Shown: one piece after another, positions 14,021 to 27,340 of the stretch | How the letters are laid out: the number at the start of each line of letters is the position of its first letter | How positions within the stretch are numbered: position 1 is the first letter of the stretch | Origin: Basidiobolus meristosporus CBS 931.73 | Lineage: Eukaryota > Fungi > Basidiobolomycota | NCBI GenBank assembly: GCA_002104905.1 | Contig: MCFE01000160.1 | Coordinates: 62,001 to 126,000 of the forward strand | Direction: 5' to 3' | Length of the DNA stretch: 64,000 bases | Notes under the pieces: generated by a model | The model's input: the letters and a program-made list of their open reading frames with translations, nothing else | Databases searched by the model: none | What the model was told of the DNA's origin: nothing | Position numbers and translations under genes: made by a program

Positions 14021-14822
14021 TGCGGTAGGGTAAACTTACCTCCCACAGACAAGTTTATTCATATAGCTATTATGATGACTTATCCATATTCTATCTTATC
14101 TGTATTGTCCCATTCTTCTATTGCCCATATTATTAGTATTATCCCCATATGATGCTTATCCTGATTAGTTATTAGCATTTGTCATCCCAGTTGTTATTCA
14201 GCTTTGTGATCTATATATGTATGCACATTACGCAAGTACACATGTGAGTACCTGTGACACGTGACCTAAGTCTGTGTAACCATCCCTGTCATTTCAATAC
14301 CATATATGGTATCTCTATGTTGCATAGGTTTCAGACTACTGATCCCTAGTTGGTTGGATGTGCTCTGCCTTTAAAACCTTCCAGGACCTTCTTGGGGTAT
14401 TTTTAGCTCATAGTGATGTAATCAAGGATTCCACTGACACCTGGAATTTTCAAGAACCTTGTCATTAGTAATCACTTGGCAATCAGGAAAGTATTTTGGG
14501 GTAGTCAATACTTCATCAATAAATCATCCCTTCTATCAGTAACACTACTCCCATATTGATTAGCAGTTGACCACTGCACCTGCCTTCAACAGTTGTATCT
14601 CAGACCTGCCATCAAGGAGCTTTTCAGGGTAGTGCACAAGACACACAGAGGACTTTGGAGACACCTGGAGTACCTAGGAAGCTAGAGAAGCATGAGCTTT
14701 TACCATAGTGACATATTGACAAAGACTCCAGCAGCTTAGATCAAGAGGTTAATGCATCCATCAGACACCTCACACATCTTGAGTTGTCTAGCTTCTCCCA
14801 GGATTACCTCTACACCACCACA
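14021..14822 (-). mobile_element. Solo LTR, family L1, copy C, inserted in C2 gag (strand relative to copies A and B)
   Basis: Reverse complement aligns end to end with 29504-30307. Flanks ATGC/GTGC form a 4-bp TSD with one transition, and gag continues across it. Confidence 0.92.
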
Positions 14823-15421
14823 GTGCTTGATTTTGTTAAGTTTCATTCAGGAGCCTTCCATACACATGATATAAACTCAAATCTTCAGCTCTGGACTCTA
14901 GGACTGATACAAGACCCTGAAACTTCTCTGTTGGGCTATTCAGGATGGTTACTATCACATTCTTATCAGTAATTGGTATGCCCACAGATTCTATCTCATT
15001 TACCAGTAGTGTAGTTCTGTTAATTAAATATTTCATTTCCTCTGCTGGCAGCATGTTGTGGTTAAGAATTTCTGTCTAGGATACATTCTCTTAGCAGCTG
15101 AACATGACTGGTAGTTGTTTTCTAATGCCTTCCAGCCATTCTTTGCTGTTTTGGCATTTGATCATTGAATTAGCAATTTGTCTTTAACATGGGGGCAATT
15201 GCAGTTAAAGGCATTTTGTTCTTTCTTCTGGTACTTTAAGGCTTCCTCTCTCATGTTTTTAGCAGGGCATTCTTTTCTATGAGAAAATCCAAAAGGCCTC
15301 TTTCTTGTACCAGCATCTCAATCTTTGCCTTCCACACTTGGTAATTAGATCCATCAAGCTTTTCAGCAGAGGGGAAATTCCACCAATGGCAGTAGTAGAC
15401 ATTGCATAGAGTGACAGCTTG

Positions 15422-15433
15422 GGGCTCATAACC
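15422..15433 (-). promoter_or_regulatory. Copia primer-binding site GGTTATGAGCCC
   Basis: Immediately follows the LTR end ...ACAACA; matches the GGTTATG(A/G)GCCC PBS typical of copia elements. Confidence 0.85.
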
Positions 15434-15555
15434 TGTTGTAAGAGTCTTGGTGATATTGGAAGCCCAACAAAAAGTAATTGTAATGATCCCATCAAAAGAC
15501 TGTTACAAAGTTAAAGTCCCATGACTAGGAGGTACTGATCCCAACAGGACACCAT

Positions 15556-16074
15556 TGTGGTGGTGTATAAGTCCAAGGGAGAGATAGATCCAGCACTTCT
15601 CAAGTATTTTGTGTGTGGGGTGTTCACTGAGTGCAATTACCTCTGGCAAAAGCTTGCTAGGAATACCTGGGTTCTGTCTCCAATCTAATGTGATGGGGAA
15701 AAAAGCCACAAGCTTGTCAAGGGAAAACTATTGAGCTACAATCCTCAACTTAATTGATCTCTTAACAAAAGTATGTGCTTGGTTCAGCATCTATTGAGAG
15801 GACAGTGTACTAAAGCTTCCAAAGTCAAAGCCACTGTAAACTCCACTAGCAGGGACTTGATAAGAATGCAGCTGTGGTCAATAGTTAAAAAGACAGAAAA
15901 GTATCTTTGCCTCTACAAGAAGAAACTTGGGAAGGAATCAAATATACTAAAAGATACCTACTCTGAGTATTCCTCACAAGTAGTGCCTCCAAGGTCAGTT
16001 GGCTGTCAACATGTTTTCCTGGGAGTGTCCTGTGGTCTGGGGTTGGAATCTCAGGTAGCAGTAGTAAGTGATCA
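15556..16074 (+). mobile_element. Truncated LTR, family L2
   Basis: Begins TGTGGTGGTGTATAAG and aligns with 28661-29180; fused to the G2 LTR at TGATCA. Confidence 0.88.
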
Positions 16075-19000
16075 TGTGACTAGGTCATGTGACATGTGGC
16101 TACCATATATGGCATGGGACTGCATAAATTCTAATGGGAAGCTTCTATTGAATGTTCCATTGTGTAATCTTGACTTGGAGCTTTCAACAAGTTGCTTGAA
16201 TGTAGCAGAACTTTCTAGAAGAAACTGGGATTTCCTCACTGACTTGATTTGGCTAGATAATTGCAGACTGGGGATGTCATGTGAGCATGACACTATTCTC
16301 CCCTTTTGAGGGGCTCTCCTCAAGCTTTTGGCTTTGGCTTGTGGGGTATGTCTGGTGAAATGGCACTACTAGATCTTGGCAGTTTGTTAGGCTTGCTGCT
16401 GGTTCCCAGGTTTGATCATTTGGGCTGTTACCCACCCAATCTACTAGATAGTGAAGTTGGGATCTGATGTACTTTGAGTCCAACACTTGCCAAACTTTAA
16501 ACTCTTCTTGTTTGGCCACTTGAATGGCTGGGGGATTTGCTGGGTGCCGGTTGGGTAGAGTACTTTCATGGAATGGCTCTAGGAGGGATACATGGGATGT
16601 ATCATGAGTTTTCATACTTGGTGGCAATTGTAGTTGGTACACAGTTGGACTAATTTTCTTCTTGATCTTGGATAGACCTAATTTCTTGTAGTCTAATTTG
16701 TCATAAGGGTGGCTGGTAGCAATGTTTCTTCTCAAGAGCCATACTGAATCTCCTTCATTAAGCTTGTGGCTAGGCTGCCATTTGTTGTCTGCAAACTTCT
16801 TGTACCCCTCAAGGGCTAAGGATAGTTCTTTCTTGAGTGTTTCTTGCATTTCCAGAATTGTTGATGCTTGTTCAGCTGCTGGGGGGCTCATAGGGTTGGT
16901 TGGGATCTGAATATCAAATTGCAGATGAAACCATAATTTGCATAGCATGGAGTGAGACCTGTTGCACTATGACAACAGTTGTTTTAGGCAAATTCTGCAA
17001 GTGGTAGCAGTTGGGTCCAGTTGTCTTGTTGATAATTAATATAGCACCATAGGTATTGCTCAAGGATCTGGTTGATTCTCTCTGTCTGGCCATCGGACTG
17101 TGGATGAAAAGTGGTTGAGAGCTTGACTTGCACACCAAGATATTGCATGAAGTGTTTCCAGAATTTTGATATGAACTGGGGTCCTCTGTCCAATACAATG
17201 TCACTGGGGATACCATGGAGCTGGAAATGTTCTTGATTACTAAGTGGGCAATCTCCTTAGCAACTATGTTCTTTGAGCAGGGAATAAAGTGAGCCATCTT
17301 GGTGAGCCAATCTGCCACCACTAGGATTGAATTGAACTGGTTTGATTTTGGGAGGTCAGTGATGAAGTCCATTGAAATAGACTTCCATTGCTGGTCAGGG
17401 ATTGGCAAGGGGTTGGAGAAGTCCATATGGCTGGTGTCTAGCAGATTTTACACTGTTACCTGTATCACAGGATTTCCCTGTTTTATACCTGGTCTATAGG
17501 TAATGACAAAGTCAATGCTGGACAGGAAGTGGGACCATCTGGCTTGTCTCTGGTTTAGTACTTATGAGGTGGTAAAGTACTCAAGGCTCTTGTGGTCACA
17601 GAAGATCTTTATCTTTTGGGCTGAACTGTCAAGGTAGTGTCTCCATTATTCAAAGGCAACAATGATTGCTAGTAGTTCCTTATCATAGATTATCATAGTT
17701 TACTTCAGCTGGAGTAAATTTCTGGGAGTAGAATGCAATAGGGTGTAGTACACTCTTGTCATTGCACTGGGAAAGGATTGCACCGAGTGCAAAGTCCAAG
17801 GCATCAATTTCTATGATGAAAGGTTTCTTAAGGTCAGGGTAAGCAAGCAGCGGAGCATACAGGAGGGATATCTTGATGGAATTGAAGGACTTGGACTGTT
17901 CCTCATTCCAGGCAAAGGGCAGATTCTTCTGGGTGAGCTTTGTCAAGGGAGTAGACTTGTTTCATTGTACTGTGCCAGGGTGCACGGTGTGATCCGCAGT
18001 CTCTAAGAACAATTGGTTGCAATATTGTGGCTACCAGTAGGCAGGATTGCTCTTGGTCAATTTTGCACCATGTGGGACAATCTTGCACACTATGGCACAA
18101 TCTGACACAATGAGGTTGGCACAAATGATTGTGCCCACTTGTAATGTTTACATCATGTGCATAATTAGATGCCGCTATTATGGTAGGTAAAATCTGGTAA
18201 TTGGATATGATTCTTTAACAAAAATGGAAATAAATGCGTATCACACTATAAACTACACCAACACCTACCATTTTGGTTACCATCACTCCAATTGGATGGA
18301 ATCTCAGTGGTTAATTGGTCCAACAGTATCCTGAAGCTTTCAGCCCCCAATTGGCTCTTTGACCAATACACAAGCTACTTGATTTGCCTTCAAATATCCC
18401 ATTTTGCCCATTAAGCAAATAAATACCTGATCTTAGTGATTGGACAAGGTGTCATAGCTAGCATGCAACCAATTGTATGGGTGCAAATCAGATCAAATGG
18501 CTGCACTGGTGTCACAGATGATGTATACATATGCAGGGTGTTTATATATAGGGGTCCTGTCTCAAATGTGAGACAACCTTAACATTGCCTATATCAAAAA
18601 CTTAGTGATCACTTACTTGCAATGACTTGATGCAGATTGCAAAAAAAAATGAGTTGTTTGGATCATTACAAATAATAGCAATCCAATGCAATTGCATCAT
18701 CCTCTCCTAGGCTTTTTTCTCACAGGGATTACTACTGAAGCATTTGGTAGTGATTCACTTTGCACACCTAAACTACTTTCTTGTTGACTATCCTCTTGGC
18801 TACTTGTGTATTTGTAGTCAGTATTTTGCCTCCTAGTTGGTGAGTGCAATGCTGCAGCTTGGCCATGCTGAATTGCTCCTGATGATGCAACTGAGCCAGC
18901 CTTCAGTGCTATGTGCTGACGCATTCCTTTACATGCCAAAGGCTCTGGTGGTGGAGGCACTTCATGTGGGTCATCGTCAGTCAGTTCACCAGAAGAAACT

Positions 19001-22000
19001 TGCTGATGGTCAGATGTAATGGCATGCGCAGATACAACTTGATGCGCTGGCATGGCCCTTGGCTGAGTTTAATGTGATGCTGCTTGTTGACACAACTTGG
19101 CCCACTCCAATGTACTTGTGTCTTTCTGAGCAGTTTGGTGGGTTCTGGTAGTTTTGCTCTAAAGCGTGTGTGTTGACCCAATACACATTGAGTTAATGCT
19201 GAGTGCTCTTGCAAAGGGTGTTGGTGTAGTTTGGACTGACGTGCGCTGGCATGCTGACGTTGCAAGGGATGGTAAAGAATGCAGCAAGGTGTGCTAACAC
19301 AATCTAGACAATGTTGCTTGCGGTCTATACTCTTCCTCTTGAAGCTCACCTTCTGACTCCTCAAGGTATTCACTAACCCTCTGTCTAATACTTTGCAACT
19401 GTTGCCTGGATCAGTTCTGTGGATATTGCTCTTGGAAGCCACTTAGCTCTACTAATATATCATGTAATACATTAGTCATTTGTGGCAAAAACTCATTCAA
19501 AATCTCTTTGGTTCCCAAAGTTGAGGCACAAACAGACGTGTCCGGCCTATACTGAGCAACTTGCGCGCAAAATTGCTCCCGCGTGGCTTCCTCATCAAAT
19601 CCCCTCACTCTCAGCTCATTCTTGATTTCAATACTTGTATTGTTAAATATCTTCTTAAATACATCCACTGACATCATGATGTAGAAATGATGCCACAGCT
19701 TTCTACTCAGGTTCTTCCATCTCTGTTGACTCTCCAAGGTATCTAGTTCTGCTAGATTAATGAGTAGTGCCCAAATATCTGTATGAAGGCTCATCATAGA
19801 CACTTGGCCCATACAGCAGAATAGGTAACATAGTTAAGATGCTCATCAATGCACAATTTATTCATACAAGAAGACATCCACTAAGAGAAATGTGTCTGGA
19901 GCATTATGAAGATTAAATAAAGCAAGGAAGGCAGTCCTCTGAGCAACATAAGTAAGATTGAGTAAAATTTCCAGTAACTATATCATACCACTGACATGAT
20001 TGTAGAAATTATAGTGCCAGATAGTGCCAGATCAATCTGGCACTATCTGGCACTATGTGGCATGATCCAATGGAACAAGTCTAGTGACTATAGGAGTTTT
20101 CCACAACTGGAGAGCTTCTACTTCTTGGGGTCCATTCTTGTTCCATTTGAGCTGATATAATAACCTAAGAACTCAACCTCTTTCTGGTCAAACTCACATT
20201 TCTCTAGTTTGGCATAGAGGCCAGCAGTGTCAAGTTTGGTCAAGACTTTCTTGACATGAGAATTATGTTCTTCTTGGGTCTTGGAGTAGATCAAGATGTT
20301 GTCAAGGTAGATAACCACAAATTGGTTAAGGTATTCACAGAATATGTCATTCATCAGGTGTTGAAAGACAGCTGGGGCATTGGTGAGACCACATAGCATA
20401 ACTTTATATTCAAAGTGACCATATCTTGTTCTGAATGCAGTATTCCATTCATCACCAGGCTTGATCCTGACAAGGTTATATGCTCCTCTGAGGTCAATCT
20501 TGGTATATACTTTGGCAGCAGAGAGTTGATCCAACAGGGTGTTAATCAGGGGCAAAGAGTACCAGTACTTGATTGTGATCTTATTCAGTACACAGTAGTC
20601 TACACACATTCTTAGGGCACCATCCTTTTTTTTGACAAAGAGGATTGGGGTGCCAGCTGGGGACTTAAAGTGCTGAATAAAACCTTTCGGGAGGTTTTCT
20701 TGAATATAGTCATGGAGTTCTTTCAACTTGGGTTGCAAGAGGCTGTAAATAAGACCAAAGGTGGGGTCCTTCCTTCTTCAAGGTCAATGAGACAATCATA
20801 GGGTCTATGGGCTGGGAGTATTTGGCTTTCTTCTTGTCAAAGTCATGGCAAACTCTTGATACTTGGCAGATATTCCATTGGAGGGTGTTCCTTCAGTGAT
20901 GGTGGGCTTCTGGGTCTGGGGTAGCTTGGAAATGGATACTTCTTTACCTGAAAAATCAGATTGCTTCATGGAGTTGACATGGTGTATTCTGGGAAATGCC
21001 AGGTTTTTGGTCTTCCAGTTGATTGCTGGGTTATAGTGACTAAGCCATGTGCTTCCATGGACTATGGAGTAGTGGAGAGAGTTGATAATGTTGAAGGCTA
21101 GCTTCTTGTGGTGACCAGTACTGGACAGCTGGAGTAGACACATCTCATGGGTAACAGCACCAGAGGAGAGGGATCTTCCATTAATAACTTCTACTTGGAC
21201 AGGACAGGATCTCAGGACAGTGGGGATTTTGTACTTCTGGGCAAATGACTGGTCAATGCAACAGAAGGAAGCACCAGAGTCTATGAGAACAAGGGCACAG
21301 ACAGGACTGGATTCAGGAATGTGGATGTTGACATGCATTCTTAAGGACTGGAAGGACTTGGTAGCATATGATGTTTCTTCAATGTGCTGAATTTCATTGG
21401 AGGGTCCAGTTGCAAGCCTGTCATTGTAACTGGATATTGGAGTTTCCCAATAATTCAGGAGAAGATTGTTCACTGGATAATTGCAGGAGTTTGAAGCTGG
21501 ACTTGTTGTTAGGACAAGACTTGGCAAAGTGGCCTGGCTGGCCACAGTAAAGGCAGAGGTTTGCCTGCTGACATCTAGATCTTTCTTCTTTTGGGAGTTT
21601 CTTATATCTAGCACTGTCAATTTGCATAGGATCATAAGGCTTAGTATTGGGTGACTGTATTACTGGGAAGGAGGTTGGCTGATTAGTATGTTGGAATTTC
21701 TGTTTCTTCTGGAAAAGACAATTGTCTCATTGGATTGCTTGATGAATAGCTTCACCCAAGGTGGTTGAGTCAGGGAGAGTGAGAAGTATGTCACTGACTT
21801 CATGATTGAGCCCATCTTGAAATTGACTAATCAGGGCAGCATCACCTCAAAGACTCAAATCACTGGCTGGTAGCCAGAATTCAGAAGCATACATGGATGC
21901 AGGTCTGTTTCCATGTGTCAAGTTGTTGATCTTGTTGGCAGCAGTTCTGGCTTGGTCAATGTTGCCAAATGTTAGCTCCATTTCTGTAAGGAAGGCTTGG

Positions 22001-23312
22001 TAGTTGCTGAGTAGAGGGGAGTTGGTTTCCACCAAAGGGGAGAACCATTTCTGGGCAGTTCCAGTCAGCAGGTTAGAGATATAACCAACTTTTGCTTGAT
22101 CTGTTGGGAACCAATTGGGTTGTAGTGACAAGTGGTGTTTCACTATGTTGATGAAACCTTGGAATTCATTCTGGGAGCCACTGAGCTTGGTAGCAGAAGT
22201 GATCTTGGGATTATGGTAGGAGGGAGCCTGGATAGGCTGTTGAGCATTTTGGCTCTGGAGTTGAGCAACAGAGTTTCTGAGGTCTGCATTGTCTTGTTGC
22301 AGCTGGGCAAAGGCAGCCATGAGACTTGCAATGTTATACTCTGGGCTGGACATGGAAGCAGGAGGCAGAGAAGCCTCTTGGACTTGATCAGGAATACTGG
22401 ATATTGCTAGCTAATTTGTGGGTTATAAAACCACTAGTTTGTCAATAATATAATTATTGAGCCACAATCCCCAACTTTGAATTAGTTAGCATCACTTCAG
22501 AAGGTACTGGCGTTAATGTCCTTTGATAGAGTACTGTATTAAAGCTTCCAATACTGTGACAACTGTAACCTACACCTGCAGGGTAATAAAGTGAATGCAG
22601 CTTTGGCCAATAATCTTACAAAGATCAAGTATCCTTGCCTTTAGAGGACAAGACTAGGGAAAGATTTAGGGTGATACTTATGGTAGGTATTCCTCTACAA
22701 GTTCTTCTTAAGAACTTTTGTTAGAAGGCAGAGATCCACAAGTAAGTCAGGAGAAGTCTGATAAAACTGTTATGAATAGACACAAGGCAGAAAGAAGAGC
22801 TAGGCAAGGCAGGACCAGGAAAGGACTTAGGTGTGGATCAACATGGCATGACATGCTACCAAGGCAAGGTGGATTTCCAAAGCAAGGCTGTTTATTCAAG
22901 ACCTGTGTTTATCAGACTGAGAAATATATAAGGGGGGATAAGACTATATATACTCTTTGACAACATGGTTGCCAAGAGATATTGGCTAATACTGATGGGG
23001 TTCTGGGGTGAGGCACAGTAAGTGTGCCAATATAGAATATACTAGAGAACAGACTGGAATATCACATGGAGATATGCCGGGGGTAAGCTGATCATGTGAC
23101 TAGGTCATGTGACATGTGGCTACCATATATGGCATGGGACTGCATAAATTCTAATGGGAAGCTTCCATCAAATGTTCCATTGTGTAATGTTGACTTGGAG
23201 CTTTCAAGAAGTTGCTAGAATGTAGCAGAACTTTATAGAAGGAACTGGAATTTCTTCACTGACTTGATTTGGATAGATAATTGGAGACCAGGGATGTCAT
23301 GTGATCATGACA
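16069..23312 (-). mobile_element. Degenerate chromovirus (Ty3/gypsy, Tf2-like) G2
   Basis: 5' LTR 22440-23312 (TGTCA...TGACA); gag 21847-22353; knuckle CLYCGQPGHFAKSC; protease LIDSGAS; RT 20118-20738 (YLDN for YLDD); RNase H 17683-17946; integrase WKSISMDFITDLP; chromodomain (YLVDWVG...DQTWEP) in 16277-16948; PPT 16293-16307; partial 3' LTR 16069-16292. Confidence 0.96.
17952..20083 (-). mobile_element. Unclassified TIR DNA element (2.13 kb) inserted in the G2 RT/RNase H junction
   Basis: TIRs TAGACTTGTTTCATTG and CAATGGAACAAGTCTA; subterminal TGGCAC repeats at both ends; broken minus-strand ORFs 18697-19812; about 25 RT codons are missing at the site. Confidence 0.75.
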
Positions 23313-24503
23313 CTGACAGGCTCCTGTAAAAGCGGCTAGTTTTTATCACTGCCAGAACCCTCACTGCTACTTTGACTGAGTGCTTCTTGAGTGGTACTAC
23401 GCTTTTTCCTTGATAATTGTTGTGCTGGTTCATCTGTGTCTGCCTTCTTGTGCCTAATTGGCACTCTTCCAGCTACCAGATATCTTTTTAATGCTTGTCT
23501 GAAGCTTTCAGCCCTGCTTGTAACAGGCTCATGAGGAATCCGCTGGTTTTTATCCATGGCACCCTTGTTCTTCTGTTTTTGATAGTTACTGCTATTCTTA
23601 AGGTACTTCTTACCATACCAATGCTGGCCCAAATTCCATTTGCTTGATTGCATCCAGGATAATGCTCATGGAACAAGTCAAGTGCATTCTGCTTGGCCTT
23701 GAGCTCCTGATGGTCCCATGGTATGCTGGCCTCAGGGTGATGGCATGCTAGACTCCTGATGGCCTCTTGAATATTAGCCCACTGTTCATTATTGCACTCA
23801 ACATTTTCACAGATCTCCAATGTCTTTTAATTTTGAGGCTTTGGTATAAGCACCACATTGTCTCCCTCTGATGCTGTGATAGGTTTTTCTGTGGGCTTCA
23901 TCTTTTGGGACTGTTGTTGTGCTTCAAAGACTCTACAGTGTTTCTCTGCTGTTACATTGCAAAATGGCTCAATTCTTGGCTGTGACATTGAGCAACTTGA
24001 GTCCCTTTGTTGCAGCAAAGATACTGCTTTTGCTACCTGGGATATTGACTGCTCTACACATATTATCTGCTCATTCTGTTTCTGGTCTGTTTCCTGATTT
24101 CTCTGGGCCATTGCATCTATCCTATCAGCCACTGCACCTAATTGCTTTAATAATGCCTTGGTATGAGCTGACATTATACTTGCTGATATGGGTGGAAGTG
24201 ATGTTATCATGGCCACTTGCTGGTATTCAACTGAGGGTACTGTGTTTGCTACATTGTCATCTGTCTGAGCATAATGGCCAGCTTGTGGCTCCACAGAGGT
24301 TCCCAATTGCCTACTTGACTGAGAGTATGAGGAGTCTTCATTATTACCTTCAGTAGGCACACTGTTAACATGGCCTTCTTTGGATGTGGTCCTGCTTGAT
24401 GCACTAAATGTCAAAGCAAGCTGTTGTCCAACCATTCTTTTGCTGCCATCAGCAGTGGGGTTTGGTTGCAAACCAGACAACTTTGCTTTATTTTTGGCAA
24501 CAT
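23313..24503 (-). pseudogene. CACTA-like accessory gene ORF-A, copy 2 (5' half)
   Basis: ORFs 23827-24480, 23488-23820 and 23336-23653 are collinear with copy 3; ATG at 24503, one A short in the run that follows (frameshift). Confidence 0.8.
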
Positions 24504-24725
24504 ATATATGGAAGTGGGTTAAACCAAAGGGGAAATAGTGTTACATATACATGTGTATATGGAGCCACAACTTTATTTATAAAGCTTACTACGGCAGGCC
24601 ATCATTGAGTCATACATTCTCATAGGTGCAATGTCTCAAATACAAGACTGTCTTAAACTCACGTGAGTATTGACAAAAACAAGATATTATAGCATTACAT
24701 TGCTGAAGGTCAAACTGTTTGCCCC

Positions 24726-27340
24726 ATGGACAAGACTACTTCAATTCAGCACCATAAGAGAAGAGAAAAAAGACCATGTGGCTATTGTAGCAAGCCACTC
24801 AGCCATGAAGCATGCAGACAGCATAGGAAGTATTACAAGGATCATGGCCAGTATTTTAACACATAAGTCATATTTGACCATTCATTGGTCACTACTGTAC
24901 TAACATTATCTTGCCAGCCAGTTGATACTTCTATATCAGCACCTAGCTATCTTTGTCACTCTATACAAACTGAGTCAGGTGAGTTTGTGATGCTTTTAGG
25001 CTCACCTCAGCCTTCTGAATATGGCATGCAGAGTGATAGCTCTGACAAAGAAGATCAACTGATGGATTGTGAGCCTATCTCCCTTAACAACAGTACCACA
25101 TATGAGCCAGGTCAAATCCCAATATGCAATGAGACAACACCAGTTGAAATAAATGCCAAGGATACATTATGGAGCCAAGTGAGCCCAGTAATATATCTAC
25201 TGTTGAATGATGTAATGTTGTGGCTGGAGAAGTGGCGTGTTTCCACTAATATCAGTAATGGGAGCTTTGAGGATTTATTACTACTTCCTGCCAAAATCAT
25301 ACCAGGATGCAAATTACCATGTACATTTTGCAAGTGGACAAGTGTCATGCAGCTGGTAACATATGAACCAGAGACTGCCCTGATTCCAGCATGTGTTAGC
25401 AGTTGCATGGCATTCACATCCAAAAGTGCTACCATTGCAATGTGTTCAAATTGTCAGGAATCCACTGCCATTGAGGGCAAACATTGTTCACACTAAATAT
25501 ATATTACAGTAATACCCCATATAAAGAAGCTATTGCAGTGTAACGAATATTGCAAGGCTATGCAGTCCCACACTCAGTATCAATCAGGCACAAACATATC
25601 CAATATATTTGATGGCCAACATTGCAAACAGCAAAGAAGCAAGGGCTACTTTGAAGGTATGTATGACCATGCCTTTGCCTTAGCACTTGAAGGATTCTCA
25701 TTAAACAAGTACTCAACTAGCAAATTCTGCTGGCCACTGATTCTCATCAATCTGAATCTGCCACCCATCTTACAGCATCAGAGCAATAATCTGATGGTAG
25801 TCTCACTAGTATCTGGGCCTAAATTACCATCCAACCTGGATGGCTACCTGCATCCATTGCTGGATGAGTTTTGTATGCTTTCCAGTGGGATAATAGTAAA
25901 TGGCCATCATATAGAAGCGCAAATTATTATCTGCATTGGAGATACCCCAGCCATCAGCAAGATGGCAGGTTTTTCTGGGCATTACAGATGGTATTACTGT
26001 CAAATGTGTGCAATCAAAGGAATATACTTCATAACTCAGACACATTATTATTACCCAAACACCAGCACTAAGATCATCATCTTGCCATGGAGAGAACGTA
26101 GAGTAGTCAGCATGCAATTGCAGCAAAGTTGGCAAGCTATAAGCCATTGGCCAGAATATGGAACCAATTGGAAACTGAATATATCAAAGATAGAGGGTAT
26201 CTGTTGGAGCAAAAGCTTTCCACTGGGAGCAATGCATTTGCTGTTCAACAATATCCCTATACTGATGGGCAAGTTGCACATGGGGCACTTCCAGCTATAT
26301 GAGCCTTTCAAGATACCAACAAAACTTGAAAGAATTGGCAAGATATTACAGAGTATCTGTTACTGTAAGTACTACTCATGGGCTCCAATTAATACTCATA
26401 TGCATATGCAACAACACAAATGCAAAGACTGGATGAACTGGATATGTATTTATTCAAGTAGTGCTCTAAAGCCATTGCTACCAAGAGTACATTGGAAGCA
26501 TTGGGAGTCATATGTGGGCATTGTAGGAATATTTATCCATATGCAGATGACCAATGCCAACTTGATGCATCTACAGCTGTTCTGCCCAAAGTTTGTGACA
26601 GGATTTGAGCGGCTATACTACAAACATGAAGCTGAACATGTAGATCTCTGCTGCCACTGAATCCATTTTCTACTCCATCTTGCATGGTGTGTGAAGAATA
26701 TTGGGCCTTGCTTCACCTTTTGGGAGTTTCCTATTGAGCAGATGTGTGGGGAAATAGGAAGACAAGGAAAGCTGTAGGTACTACCATATACCAATCTCAT
26801 CAATAATACTACCTTCAAGTTGGTCATGGATGTGATGAGTTGCCAGATGGAGGACAGCCAGGAAGAGGTGAAAAAACTGAGGACAGATGTGCACATGCAG
26901 ACACCTATGCCTATGGCATTAAGAAGCAAAGCAGCCACAACACATGGGTAATCAGTTAAGTAATGCAAAGTTGGGTTGGTGTAACAAGCAACTAATTTTT
27001 ATTAGGAAAACTCTACCAAGGTATGCTGGATTTTCTTGGTCACAAGCCAACTTCTACACAATTCAGTACAGAATTCACAGAAACAAGAGCCAGAGTGCAC
27101 CTATCAGGGGGACTAGAATCCAGCAGGGAGAAGGAATATACTGGCTCAATACTAAGAAGTTCTTTGTGGATATTTATGAGGTATTCATGGCAAAAGTGGC
27201 AACTTTGCAAGTATCACACTAAAAAGCTGTAAAGTTGAGGTGATAGAAGTATGTCTATTGTGGCAGGTGTGCATGCTTGTAGGGGTTAGTAAGCAGGAGG
27301 CCAAAGTTTTTTTTGATTTGAACTATATGTGAAATACCCA
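24726..27340 (+). pseudogene. CACTA/EnSpm (Tnp2, Transposase_21-like) transposase, copy 2
   Basis: FALALEGFS...CWPLILINLNLPP...LVSGPKLPSNLDGYLHPLLDE...IGDTPA...YCQMC...PLGAMHLLFNN...FWEFP. Apparent GT-AG introns near the 5' and 3' ends; stops present. Confidence 0.93.

Larger units (their letters stand above)
12066..15462 (-). mobile_element. Ty1/copia element C2: end of 5' LTR, PBS, gag, protease, integrase, start of RT (truncated)
   Basis: LTR end CAACA at 15434; gag start EKLDGSNYQVWKAKIEML; DSGASQH; HCEACIYGKQ...LDLIHSDMYGP; YLITFMDDYTRYTW; MGYCNESKAYRLY...EPQTVKEAL. Confidence 0.93.

Noticed and set aside
15773-16309. 178-aa plus-strand ORF, and similar ORFs inside LTRs (22718-22960, 28962-29234, 30152-30379)
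   Set aside because: They lie within or span LTR sequence and a deletion junction, and have no protein-like motifs.
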